A stretch of 64,000 bases of DNA. Origin: Tubulanus polymorphus (Eukaryota; Animalia; Nemertea). This document shows, piece by piece, positions 11,001-23,000 of the stretch (position 1 is its first letter; the number at the start of each line of letters is the position of its first letter). The notes under the pieces were generated by a model that worked only from the letters and a program-made list of their open reading frames with translations, had not been told where the DNA came from and searched no databases. The translations under genes and the position numbers were made by a program. The stretch covers positions 6,100,231 through 6,164,230 of the forward strand of contig NC_134033.1 in assembly GCF_964204645.1 (NCBI RefSeq), read 5' to 3'.

Positions 11001-13212
11001 TTGGCACGGACCCTAGTCTTTCACAAAAAAACACATCACGTTCAATGAACGGAAAAGAAAACGTTGATCAGTTGAAATACACGACGACTGATAACTACTA
11101 GTAGGCCTAGACCTAACTACGGAGAAGGCCTGTTCTTAAATCTTAAAAAATCATAACGTTCTCCAGCCCATGTATGAAATCCAGGCAGATGAAAAACTAA
11201 GTCTGCTGGTTGGCTGGTTGCCAAAACGAAATCTGGCTCTATGCACTCACACGTTACATCAAACCATCTGACAGGCTACAATTCAGCTCAAACCACTGCT
11301 CCTAATCAACTACTACATTTTGAGCAACAAAATGCTAACTAATATTGGCTTTTACCACCAAAATTGAGGAAAACTTTCACCATCTATTGTGTTTTCCTTC
11401 CACATCATGGCCGACTGAGTACACGTGTTCAGTAGAGGGCAGCACTATATAAACTATATCTACAGAGGCTCACTTGCCAGGGGTTAGAAAAAGAAACTAA
11501 TAAATGGGACTATGGAACAGGTGCCTAGTTTATCATTAGCTATTGGCTTTTAATCCCACTTGAACCGTTTTTGTGCAGCATACGAAAAAAGTGTCTGGGC
11601 AGATTCGGGCGGCGTGAGGAGTAATAGGCAGTTTGGACACGGGTGGCTTGAGTGCTAATGGGTTAATATAAGAAAGTGCTGGATATAATTTGAAAAATTC
11701 TAAAAAAGTCCACCCCAGTGTGTTAAATGGCATTAACAGGCAACCACTTTAATTCGTCAACACCAAACGCGTTGTATGGTTATCTACTGTAATTTCACTG
11801 TTTCACAGGTGCTACTATCTTTTAATAGAATTCAAATTTTCAGATTTTATTCAGCATATATATAAAAAAAATTGTTTGCTACTGATAAAGTTACGGTAAA
11901 ATCAAGTATTTTGACATAAACAAGCAATTAAAAAGAGGTATAATTAACACTAATTACAGATGAAAAATATAATTAATAAATATAAGAAACATAATATTAG
12001 AGATAAAACCTAATTACTATTAACATCAATACACCAGGATGTGGTGTACTAGCAAAGACTTGTAAGTATAGACACACTGAAAGGGGTGAAGGACTTAATA
12101 AGATTGGCTCTTACCTGAAAATGTTTACGTATGTCGATGTTTTATTAAGTGTTATTGACGTTGCAGGTGGATGCGTGTATGAAAGCGTTGCTCGCCGTAA
12201 GAGAAGAGGATGCCTCGTTGAAGAGTATCGTCGTATCGCAGTTCACGTCGTACCTGACAGTGCTGGAAACGCCGCTGCGCACGAACGGCTTCAAATTCGT
12301 CCGGTTTGACGGCACGATGTCGCAGAAACAGCGCACGACCGCGATCGAGGTGTTCTCCGACCCCGACCCGGCGTCGCCGACGATATTTCTGATGTCGTTG
12401 AAAGCAGGCGGCGTCGGTTTGAATTTGACGGCGGCGTCGCGCGTTTTTCTGCTCGATCCCGCGTGGAATCCCGCATCGGAGGAACAGTGCTTCGATCGTT
12501 GTCACCGGTTGGGACAAACTCGAGATGTTATCATCACTAAGGTAAAGACTATACATCGATGATCCACTATGTGTTCTTAGTGTGTCGTAGGACAAAGCTG
12601 CTGCAATAGAGGATTCCTCTTGTTGAAGGTGGGGTTCCGCCAAGTGTCATTAGTGCGCAGTGGAGCTTTCGGCTCAGTTGATTAACTTAAATTCTCTAGC
12701 CCCCAATACTTTGCTTCCTCAAAAATTTAGAATATGAAACGTCATTTCATACTGGATATAACAAATAGTACTTGATATAACTTACACTTGGTTATTTCCA
12801 CACCCAACAACCCACCCATCTCATGCCCCTGGTTTAATAAATATGGTAGTGACGGTTAATCCGAATGGTTTTACAAAACTTGGCCCTAGTAGGTCGGGTA
12901 CACAGCATTGCCACGCGTGGATCCGATCGGATTTATATGAAAAAAAAAAAAAAATCACGTTCGATTTTTCAGTTCATCATCGAAGACTCCGTCGAGGAGA
13001 GAATGCTGGAACTGCAGGAGAAGAAACGTCGACTTGCGCAAGGCGCGTTCGCCAAGAAGCAGACGGCTGCCGAACGTCGGCAGATGAGAACGGCTGATAT
13101 TCAGAACCTGATGAGCATCACGACTGCGGACGTGAATCAGGCCGTCGGACCGATGGTACCGCTCGGTGGTGGACCAGTCGTCACGGTGAATCGTAATCTA
13201 CGATTTGTTTAA
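2025..13212 (+). CDS. HLTF: HLTF/Rad5-like SNF2-family DNA translocase with C3HC4 RING (5'-partial, 6 exons in window)
   Basis: Exons 2025-2089, 3099-3867, 4068-4267, 5204-7455, 12167-12541, 12973-13212 join in frame through GT-AG sites. Motifs: Ia TLIVCPLSVLSNW, II VVLDEGH, III LTGTPIQN, RING CSVC..CAHVFCRAC..CPLC between the ATPase lobes, IV SIVVSQF, V SLKAGGVGLNL, VI QCFDRCHRLGQ. HIRAN and motif I are not in the window. Confidence 0.9.
3099..3867 (+). CDS. HLTF: HLTF-like low-complexity exon with 14-aa repeats
   Basis: Acceptor tctttcag, donor ag|gtgagt, open 256-codon frame. Confidence 0.8.
4068..4267 (+). CDS. HLTF: HLTF-like exon (NARKPARFLDD...RGRRKKRKSDEDDEDW), NLS-like
   Basis: Acceptor ttttctcatgcag, donor g|gtcagt; phases 2/1 bridge the neighbouring exons. 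Confidence 0.8.
4600..4790 (-). mobile_element. Penelope-like pseudo-LTR fragment carrying a minimal hammerhead ribozyme
   Basis: Minus strand: CTGACGA-t-GATCTctagggtgAGGTC-GAAAC-GTC followed by AATAAA; short inverted arms gataagataaaa / ttttatctta. Confidence 0.65.
4688..4738 (-). ncRNA. Minimal type I hammerhead ribozyme motif
   Basis: CUGACGA core, stem II GAUCU/AGGUC, GAAA, palindromic ACGU stem III, GUC cleavage triplet, stem I AAGUUAC/GUGUCUU. Confidence 0.65.
5021..5112. mobile_element. PIF/Harbinger-like hairpin MITE
   Basis: gggccggttgctcaa / ttgagcagccggccc with CTG flanks. Confidence 0.7.
5204..7455 (+). CDS. HLTF: HLTF-like large exon: repeats, SNF2 N-lobe, RING
   Basis: Within the 784-aa ORF; acceptor ttctttcag, donor aag|gtaaga. 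Confidence 0.93.
9097..10269. mobile_element. Foldback/Mutator-like non-autonomous element with long modular TIRs and 9-bp TSD
   Basis: ACCCCAGTGAAGTTCATTACTTG... mirrored at the right end; perfect GTTAGTGTT duplication at 9088-9096 and 10270-10278; arms built from repeated GAATTCATCTCCCAATAAGGAACAAGTAAC units. Confidence 0.88.
12167..12541 (+). CDS. HLTF: HLTF-like helicase C-lobe exon
   Basis: ttgcag|GTGGAT...ACTAAG|gtaaag; motifs IV-VI. Confidence 0.93.
12973..13212 (+). CDS. HLTF: HLTF-like terminal coding exon
   Basis: tttttcag|TTCATC; FIIEDSVEERMLELQEKKR; TAA at 13210-13212. Confidence 0.9.
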   Translation, partial: FIIEDSVEERMLELQEKKRRLAQGAFAKKQTAAERRQMRTADIQNLMSITTADVNQAVGPMVPLGGGPVVTVNRNLRFV

Positions 13213-13677
13213 GTCGCAACGGTCGATGTCTGTCGTAAAGCCGCTGTTAGAGAAAAGAAACGCGGTGCTACAGTCGCGATATCGTAAATTGTCATCAGAT
13301 GGTTTGTCACATTTCTTACTCCGTTGGGTACGAATAAGGACCGCAGTGTTTCAGATAATTTGTCATATTTTCTCAAACCATCTCTCAAGGTTGATTTTGA
13401 GCAGGATACGGCTATAGAATTTCAAAAAAATAGTTCAAAATGCCTTGAATTGAATTGGATTCTCAAGAAAGGCATTCAAGAGAGTGCAGCGAAAAATTTG
13501 AATAAGTTAGTGAATTGATTGGGGAAGTTCTTCGAACGATAACGCATAGAAATGGTGATGTTTTACAGTAGACTCTGCTCAAGTTGGACCTTTTCGGATT
13601 GTAAATATGTGTCCGAATTAGCTATCTGAGTTGATATTATGAAAGTATTTCAACATACAGTATTTTCATCGATTATT

Positions 13678-14230
13678 GAGATGAGAATTCCCCGCGGATC
13701 CGCGGTTTATTTTGGTATTGAAAAATATCAATTTTCCTGATAGCCCAAAAATGATGTAAAAGAGGGGGGGGATGTTGATCTCACTCAACTGGTTTGGCGC
13801 AATTGGTTATCAGGTGAACCGTAAAAGCGTTCAGCATTCAGTGTTTAACTTATCGTCGCGTATCGCATTTCAATGCTATTCATTGCAACAGTGATTTTGA
13901 ATCTACTACTACGATGTGTATGTATTTTATTGATCGGTTGCAGACAGACACGTGTGCGGCAACAGTAGTAATGTATATAGGCCTACTTACTGTTGCCACG
14001 CGTGTGTGGCTAACGCCTTCAGATATTATGCACTTGAGATGATTTTTAGTGAGCATTCATCGGCGCATTTTAACTGCAATAATTCAGGGTTTGACCCGTA
14101 ATGCATGAGATGCTGAATGTGATTGAATGAGGATATGCTACATTGGAACTAGCCATTACCTTCCAAAATAAATAGTCGTTCAAGATCGCTCTGAGTGCTC
14201 GGAAAACGCTTTTAATTTCTAAAATTTTCT
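13678..14230 (+). repeat. Dispersed ~550-bp repeat, copy 1 (hAT-like left terminus)
   Basis: Colinear with 45503-46085. Confidence 0.8.
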
Positions 14231-15104
14231 TAGGGAAAACAGTTGTACCGAGACCCTACAGTTCATTTTCAATTGCAATCAAAGAATTCCTATTTACTTC
14301 AACCAACTTTTAAACGACATTGTCTGCACAATTTCAGTCAACTCAACTTACATGAGCTGAGTTACAGAGTTCAAGTATCACTCCGTAAAATGAAACATTT
14401 GGTTAATTATAGATCTGTTAATTGTGGAACCGGTGCCAAGGGTATTATAATTAGATCCACAACTGCTGAACTGACTATCCATGGTTTCATGAAAAAGGGG
14501 TTGCTCAAAACGGTTAAAGTGACAGTGAATTGTTGGAAATGTGAAATAACCGATAGCGCTTAAAACTGAAAATATATTTTTCCGTGAAACAGGATTTTGT
14601 TGATATTTTCTGTATTGCTGTAATTGATTTATGTTGAGCTAAATGATTTCGCATTTTAATCGGTGCTGTTATCAGCTTACTAATGTTTGCATCGATAATC
14701 AAAGTGTTTTATATCAGTAGTACCGGGGACCGTTGATAAAGTATGTTCCGCAAAAAAGAAAAAGGAATTTCCTTCATATATATTGCTCACTTAAATATGA
14801 GTCGAGCACTACGCCTGTGCCAGTAGTCATATTACAGTGGAACCTGGTTATAACGAATGTCAGGGAACCCTTAAGTTTGTTCGTTATAACCAACAGTTCT
14901 ACATGTACATTTGAACTTGAGGGCATCAGATAATCCGCTTGTTGTAGTGGTTTATATGCAGTGAAACTTAGTTACAACAAACTTCAGTTAAAACCAAGTT
15001 TTTGTTTTATCCAGTATGGAATTACTGAAATCAACAAATTTGGGATGAAATTCTAGGTTTGAAATATTCAATTTAATTGTCATATCCGAATTCGCTATAA
15101 CCAG

Positions 15105-15242
15105 GGGCCGGTTGCATAGTCATGGCTTAGACTTAAAACCAGTCTAAGACCAACTTAGTTCTATAGCTAATCTAACAACTTAAGACCAGTCTTAAGAATT
15201 AAGACCACTTTTGGACTTAAGTCACGTCTGTGCAACTGGCCC
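15105..15242. mobile_element. PIF/Harbinger-like hairpin MITE
   Basis: cag|gggccggttgca ... tgcaactggccc|cag (3-bp TSD); similar small hairpins at 2159-2262, 5021-5112, 33641-33769, 62790-62931. Confidence 0.75.
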
Positions 15243-16995
15243 CAGGTCTCTCATTGTGCAAACAATCGACTTAGCCAGTAACGCTTTTTTATGGTGTTAA
15301 CGAAATTGTAACTGATTTTGACGTCCACTTGGTCAAATAAGCTAGGCAAATACCACTAGTGAAACTACATTTTAATTCATCAAGGGCTTACGCTTTGTTT
15401 AGAAAGCTAACTACATACATGCCAATTGGATACTTTAGATGGCAAGGTCCTACCTATATAGCCCTGTATACGTACGTACTTTATGAATGGTCTCCTGAAA
15501 CTGCATTTCATAAAAGATCCTAGATGTGAATTCTTTTTTTAAGAGATTGTGTAATTTTTAAACGTTACTGAAGATATTTTTATATTAACTGCTCGGTGAT
15601 ATGACGCATTTATAATCCATCAGTTGTCATTTTGATGTTATAGAAACATATATTTCATGTATATTAGTAAAATTCAATAAAGATCATTTCATAGATCTGA
15701 AAATCATTGCATTTCATTTTTTTTAAGTTGTAGAAAATTTGACTAGGCATCTTCTAGTTAGCTTTTGCGGAAACATCTTTAGGACTGTTTGCTAGAATTT
15801 GCTGGAGACTGAACTATATTCTCTTATCCAAAATCTTCCACACTGCGGTAAAAAATAAATGAAAATGAACCATAGACATTTAACCAGTACACTTTCACTA
15901 CTTACTCGCTGTTGGGAATATTGTTCACAAAAGCAGCCAACTCTGTAGCGCTGTAAATATTTTGCAGAGTTGAGATTCGGGGATTTCTATACCATTGAAT
16001 TTCAGTCATAGTGGGACTCAACAAATTCCAAGTGATGGCATTAATAACGGAGTTGGATTTCCTTGCAACAATTTTGTGACCACTTTCATGGTGGCAAAAG
16101 CTGAATAGCGAGTGAGCATAGCAAGTGAAACTGTGGCTGACAAAAGAATAGAAATGATAAGACACATTCTTCTGTCAAATGAGTTTATTGCAATATTCAA
16201 CATTTTTTTCATTGTGCTTTTTATACAAGAGAGATAAATAGAGAGAGGTACTTAGTATATTTTCAGTTCCAAAATCTATAGCTATCATAAGAGACAGAAT
16301 CTAAGTACTGTATCTCTCAAACTCAGTATTTTACATCAACTCAGGGCTAGAATTTACCGTAGCTGGGGGAGGATCGGTGATAAGAGACCACATCAGGGAC
16401 ATCGTCTAGACTCCACCAATTCTTAATGGATATAATACTCTACGCCATATTTTCTCATAACTCATAGATACAACATTTTGTTTTCAATAAATAACAAAAA
16501 TTTCAGGAACAATAAATATTCACATCTAATAGCTTACAGATATATAAACCGGGTTATATGTAAGTTCCTTCAGCTTCTTAAGTTGTAATATTTAGGCTAA
16601 CAAAAATTTATACCTTATTTCTCCTTTCTGCTGAGCTTAAAAGTTGACTAGGCCGGCCACCTATCTAATGTGTACATTACTTATTTTAGAATTATGATCA
16701 AGCTAACCCTAACAAACCCAGCAATTATAGATATGAACAGGTCACAAATTTTTTAGTTGAAACAAGGGATAATATTTTGTAAGCCTTATAGAGAACAACC
16801 CTCGCATAGTCTGAGGGAAGTTGCCAGCCATGATGCAAGCCATTAACTGGCATGCCAACTTTGAGGAGCTCATCTACCATTTCCGTTATTGAGGTATTGG
16901 CGAGAAGCTGATCAGCATGCCCAATTTTAACATTTCAAGTGAACATGGATTCATACGAAAAAGTCCAGTGTTTTGTTTTCTTTTTCAGATTTTTC

Positions 16996-17077
16996 TTATA
17001 AACACGATTTAACAGTGTCCATGATTAAATTCGTCTGGTTAATCAGATGATTTGCGCTTGTGAAAACGTCTTTCTTC
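16996..17077 (-). CDS. PDCD10: PDCD10 terminal coding exon
   Basis: cttttcgcag|; [26 protein letters not shown]. Confidence 0.93.
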
Positions 17078-20000
17078 CTGCGAAAAGAAAAACCGACGAA
17101 TCAGTAGATTTAAACCTCTAATAATCTAAACAATGCAACAAAACATGTGTGTTCACTATACATGTAATACACTCAATGGAGTTGCCAACCTGTGAATATA
17201 TACTTGAATTAGGGGTAACTAGTGTATGTCTGAGCTTAAATCCTAGAGCAATCGGTACTTCATCCCCATTACAACAAACTTGTTTTCAGAATTGCAGCCA
17301 AGATTCTATCATTTGAAAATTAACTACAAGCACCAGACATCAGAAATGTTTTATCCGCACACTTTCAGCTAGACATATGTAAAGAATACCCCTCGGCCAG
17401 TGACTGAGAGTGATGAAGAGCATGCAAAATTGTTATAGGGTACATATACCTGACACTTAGTTTCATCTCAAAAATAGGTTTCAATATGACTGTGGTGGCC
17501 ATCTTGGATAACATATACACATCAAAAACACTAGGGTTTATCCTCCTCCAAGTTAACCAAGTCATAAAAAAATCAGTGAACTATAGATTGTAGAGCACAA
17601 ACAAGGTCCATAATGCCAATTTCACATAGAAATTTGGTTGCTCTCGATGACCTATAGGCCTATATGCCAAACATAATAGGGCTCGTCCCCTCCCATCATA
17701 AAACCACAGATCAAGTATGAATAAAATCAGCTTAAATAAACTCTATACCTTAGAGCAGTAACAAACTCCAAATTTCCTATTTAAAACACAGACATAAGTG
17801 TAGCGGCCATCTTGGATGACCTAGACACATTAGAAACAATAAGGGTTCAATTCATCCTCCTTATGCCTTTAATACACATACCAAGTGAAAAGAAAATTAG
17901 TATACTATAAAACTGTGAAGCTGGAACAAGCTCCAAAATTTCACACACCAAAATGACTGTGGCGACCTACACATGTCAAAAACAACAGGGCTCATTCTCC
18001 TTCCATAATTCAAACAAATTCTTTGACCATTGCATCAAGTCAGTTACATGCTAGAATGTCGGTATTACGTAGGCTAAATAAGGCACTTAGCATGGTGTAG
18101 GACTTGAAAATTTAAATTTAAATTCCAAAAATCCGAAAATTTAAATTCCCAAAATAAGTTCATTTCAGACCCAAGGTACGATTTTTGGGAAAAAAGTGGG
18201 CGAAAAAAAATTTTAAGGCCGAAACTCAACATAGAACCCCAAAGTAAGTGTAATTCTCAAATATGAAGGTATTTGGACCAAAATTTGGCTCTGGGTCTGT
18301 AGAGGTTAAGCCTGTAGAGTGGGAACAACATCTGCACGACAATACCCTTTGCGTCCTAAGGCGGAGGGGTAAAAACTGATCATCCACACTTCACCGCTCA
18401 ACAATGGTACGGTAATTTATGTCTGAAAGGGATGGTTCCAGGCTGTAGATTGATACCCTAAACAATTTTCTGAGACGTTTCCGACAATCGGGGGGCAATC
18501 AACCATTTTTAGAGACTGTTTCTGGCAATCAGAGGAAAGTAAACAATTTTAAAAACTGTTCCTGAAAATCAGAGGCAGTAAACCATTCTCAGAGACTGTT
18601 GAGACTGTTCCTGACAATCAGGGGATAGTAAACCACATTCAGAGACTGTTTCTGATGATCAGGTACTGAGTGGCAATTCTATATACTGGAGGACTGTTTA
18701 TTGAAATTATTTTGCCCTTACTTGCTGTCTTTGAAATACGCTTTCAATGTGTTGCTGAATTTTTTCGAGTACTTGACAAATTCACGTTTTTGGTGGTCTA
18801 ACCTCTGCAAAATTCAAAGAAAAACACAATGAACACAATGGGAAAATTTGTCGCAGAGGAGCCGTGTTAACCTTATACAAACTCTAACCTACAACCTACA
18901 AACAGTTAGTTACTGTAACCTACAACCTACAAACAGTTAGTTACTGTAACCTACAACCTACAAACAGTTAGTTACTGTACGGGTCAAAACCGATATCGTT
19001 TGAAATTACAAGCTTTCACTACTAATGCAGAGCAGCTTCATCAGGAAAATGAGTGAAGTGAATGGGGAATCAACTATTTATACGACAAAGTATTAGTATA
19101 TACATGTATATATCAAGCATCACTCACTTACGTACTTATGTCTATCCTGGTATCGTAAAATGATGGCTGTTCTTTCAAATATAGGAATCCATATTTCCCT
19201 AATATTTTCCAGACCCGCGACCAAAATTCCCACATTAAATCATAAACACCCTCGTAGTCAGGCCTGCTTCTTATCAAGACGTTCCTTGAGCCACTCATCA
19301 CCAGCAAGAACAACATCGGAGACACCAAAAATTCAAATTTCCTGATATTACCTACACATTTGTAATCTATTTATTGCCCTGTTTATCATAATCTCTAATC
19401 AGTGACACTGTGAATAAATACTGTCGTATTATCTAAAACATCGCTCACTTACACCATGATGCTTCTTTATACTTAATGAGCAAAATCTCATGATAAGGCT
19501 CCGCCTTGCTCAGTAACAATGAGCACAGAGTTTGTTTACATTAACAAACAGCCAATCATGAACTCTGTCACTCCTGTGTGCCAGAGTGCAAATCTCAAAA
19601 CAGTGAATAGGAAAGATCAGCTAAGATTATAATCTTTAATTCATAATGGTTATGGTGACAAAACTATGAATTACTAAATAGCTTATAGTGGTTAGGCCTA
19701 CTTCAACAGAACCGGAACTACGAGATATCTCATAGTGGTAATGGTGGCTGAACCGGACCTACGAGATATATCATAGTGGTAATGGTGGTTGAACCGGACC
19801 TACGAGATAACTCTTAGTGGTAATGGTGACTGAACCGGACCTACGAGATAACTCATAGTGGTAATGGTGGCTGAACCGGACATACGAGATATCTCATCGT
19901 GGTAATGGTGGTTGAACCGGACCTACGAGATAACTCTTAGTGGTAATGGTGACTGAACCGGACCTACGAGATAACTCATAGTGGTAATGGTGGCTGAACC

Positions 20001-23000
20001 AGACCTACGAGATATATCATAATGGTAATGGTGGCTGAACCGGACCTACGAGATATCTCATAGTGGTAATGATGGCAGAACTGGAACTATGAGATAACTA
20101 ATAGTGGTAATGCTGGCTGAACCAGACCTATGAGATAACTAATACTGGCTGAACCAGACCTACGAGATAACTAATAGTGGTAATGATGACAGAACAGAGA
20201 TAATTCAAAGTCAGCAGCGAACATTTTTTTTTTTCGTAATGATTGAACAGAGCAGATGTTTTAGTTTTGATACCTGTTTATTTGACTGTCCATGTATGAC
20301 GGCTGATACAGCGCTGACGGCATCCAATAACTGACGTATCGCGTTCGCTATTTCTCTACAAAGATAAAACCATCACTAATCATTAATACTAATAATCAGT
20401 CTCCAAAACGGATCGTTAATGCGAACGTCAATAAAATGACTTCAATTAATGATGATAAAACACAATTATTCCAGTCGTGTAAATATATCAGACTCATCTT
20501 AAAAAATTCGATGCTATCAGCTGATCAGTATCATCAGTGAATCAGCTGTGTGGCGAACACGGAAGTAAATTTCCGCAAATTGAAACCAGAATTTCGTCAG
20601 ATATCTTGATGCAACATTGCCTTATGCACGGGATTTCTAAACTAGATGAATCATTGAACACATCGCACTCAATAAATCGTTATATCATACGCCTTGAATA
20701 TCAGTATTCGTGCTAGAAATGATGAATATGAACCTTTTCAATTGTGCCGCCATTTTGTTTAGCACCTGCTGATCCACCTCATTTACATATTCAAAGAATG
20801 CTATGATGTCATGATGGAGTTCAAACCAGGTCAACACAATTATACATAACCGAGATTTTGGGGGGTTTCGTCTTTGGAAGCCCATAACAACCGAACAAAG
20901 CATCAGATCTTGACGAGATACAGTTCTTCGGACGCAAATAGCATTGAATTTTAGCATGCGTTATTTTGGACAATTAAAGATGCTGTATAAAAAAACGTGC
21001 TCAAATAAATCGATTTTTTTACACTTTTTGGTTAATTTTTCAAAAAATATGAAACTCACGGCTTTCAACTTTGCGCACCATAAAGAAAACAAATAATGAA
21101 ATATATTTTTGCTTAATCCGTTCAATTCGCCCATTAGTAGTGAAATAACAGGCTACTGAAATTGTGTTTGAGTGTGCTCAAAATAGCTTTGAGCGTAGCG
21201 TATAGTGCATACGAATGGTTATCGCTAATGCGAGCCAAAAATTGGTCTGAAACTGTAGAATGCAGTGTGGGAACAAACTCCAAATTGGCTGTTTTAGACA
21301 TCAAAATGACTGTGACAACAATCTTGTATGTCCTATAATTCAATTCAATTCAATATATTATTCATCATGAAATCTTGAACGATTGTTGATAAACAGAATA
21401 AAATTAACTAAAGAAAGAATGGTGTATATAAAATTTTTTGTACATAGGATAACAATGAGAAATAAATTGCCCATAGGCAAAGTGTGGTTTACCTTAAAAG
21501 CTAGAGGTTGTTTGGAGAAAGGGCATTGCTTGAAAAATCTTTTTAATTCGTGACTTCAAATTTCTAGAAGTTTATATTGTATTTCATCTTTCTTAAAGAA
21601 TTATTTTGTAGTCAAATAAGACCAAAGATAAACATTTGTTTATGGTCTACGTCCAAAATTTCGTAGGGTACAGGTAGGCGCGGCAGGGAAAATTTTTTAT
21701 ATTTTCAAAAAAATATTTATCATAATATGAAAAAAATATTCAAATCAAATTCATATGATGTCACAATATATCAGAGGGTGGCTGAATATTGAGTCTTGGA
21801 AATGAAACCTCATCCAATGTATGGCCGCGGAAGCTAAGACACCGGGGCGTAGTATTAGATCGTTTCAAATCCTGGAATCTACCACTACAATATTCAGACC
21901 TCGACCTATACCTGTAGTTTGCTGCTTAGTATTTTCACAAGAAATTACAAGGTCACAAGAAATTACAATTTATTACAAATTCTATCAAACAGAAAACACA
22001 GCGCTCATCTGCTACGGTCATTATTCAGCCTGTTATCATGTCAAACGTGCACGCGCCAAGCAGCGTTACAGCATCACCATATAGTAGTCTGTATGAGCGT
22101 GTGTTTGTGTGTTTAGCAATCCCGCGCACGTGGAGTCCTCATGTAGTGAACGTTCGCTTCACTTCAATCTCAATCTAACCAATCACCGGGTATTGAAATG
22201 AAACAATACCTATGGCGATATGTGAAATAATCATATTCTCACCAGCAATGAGCATTTAAAATTCGCACATATACGGTACCTAGTCCAATGAAACGTTCGC
22301 CATTAATGGCTTTCCCATAATCATTTTAGTAGCGCTGGAATTCCCCGTATATCCCAAAAACAGCCAATCACATTCACTCATAGAGACGACACCCCCGAAT
22401 CGAGGTCATTGCAATTTTATACGCGAGAGCTAAGAATTTTCCCGCCAAAAGAAGTTTTTCATCGAATTTAAACAAAGTTGACCATGTCATCGACAGAGGT
22501 TTGCCATGTCTTCAATCGCATTGATTATGCATTGTTTAACCCGAGAACCAATGAAAAAATGCTCACATAAAAAAACGTACCGCGATTTTACATAAATTGG
22601 CTCAACCTCATACCACTGACAAAGGTAAACCAAAAATTTAACACTAATGCAAGTTACCAAATTTCAAAATATTTACAAGTATGGAGAAAGTGGATATAGA
22701 ATTAGATCGTGTGCAAGGCTTTAAATCCTTGGTCTACAAATTTGCCTATACAACTAGCTACTAGATGATTAGAAAGTATAATCCTGAATTGGTCTTCCTT
22801 GTCGAGACTCCGAATGTTGGGGAATATCTTACAAATAATGTTATAAAGTTCATCCCTCAGAATTTCCCATCTAGAGCACACCATAATAAAATGTAATTCA
22901 GTTTCAACTTCCCTACATACGGTGCAAGGTCTATCTGCCTTGGGTATTTTTCTATGCCTGCCAATCTCAATAAGTAGCGGGTGAGCGCTGACTCATAGTC

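Noticed and set aside
12843-12875. Intronic VVTVNPN resembling the C-terminal VVTVNRN
   Set aside because: Too short and no splice support; likely chance.
19709-20195. CRISPR-like regular repeat
   Set aside because: Units are contiguous with no unique spacers; eukaryotic intron; no cas genes.
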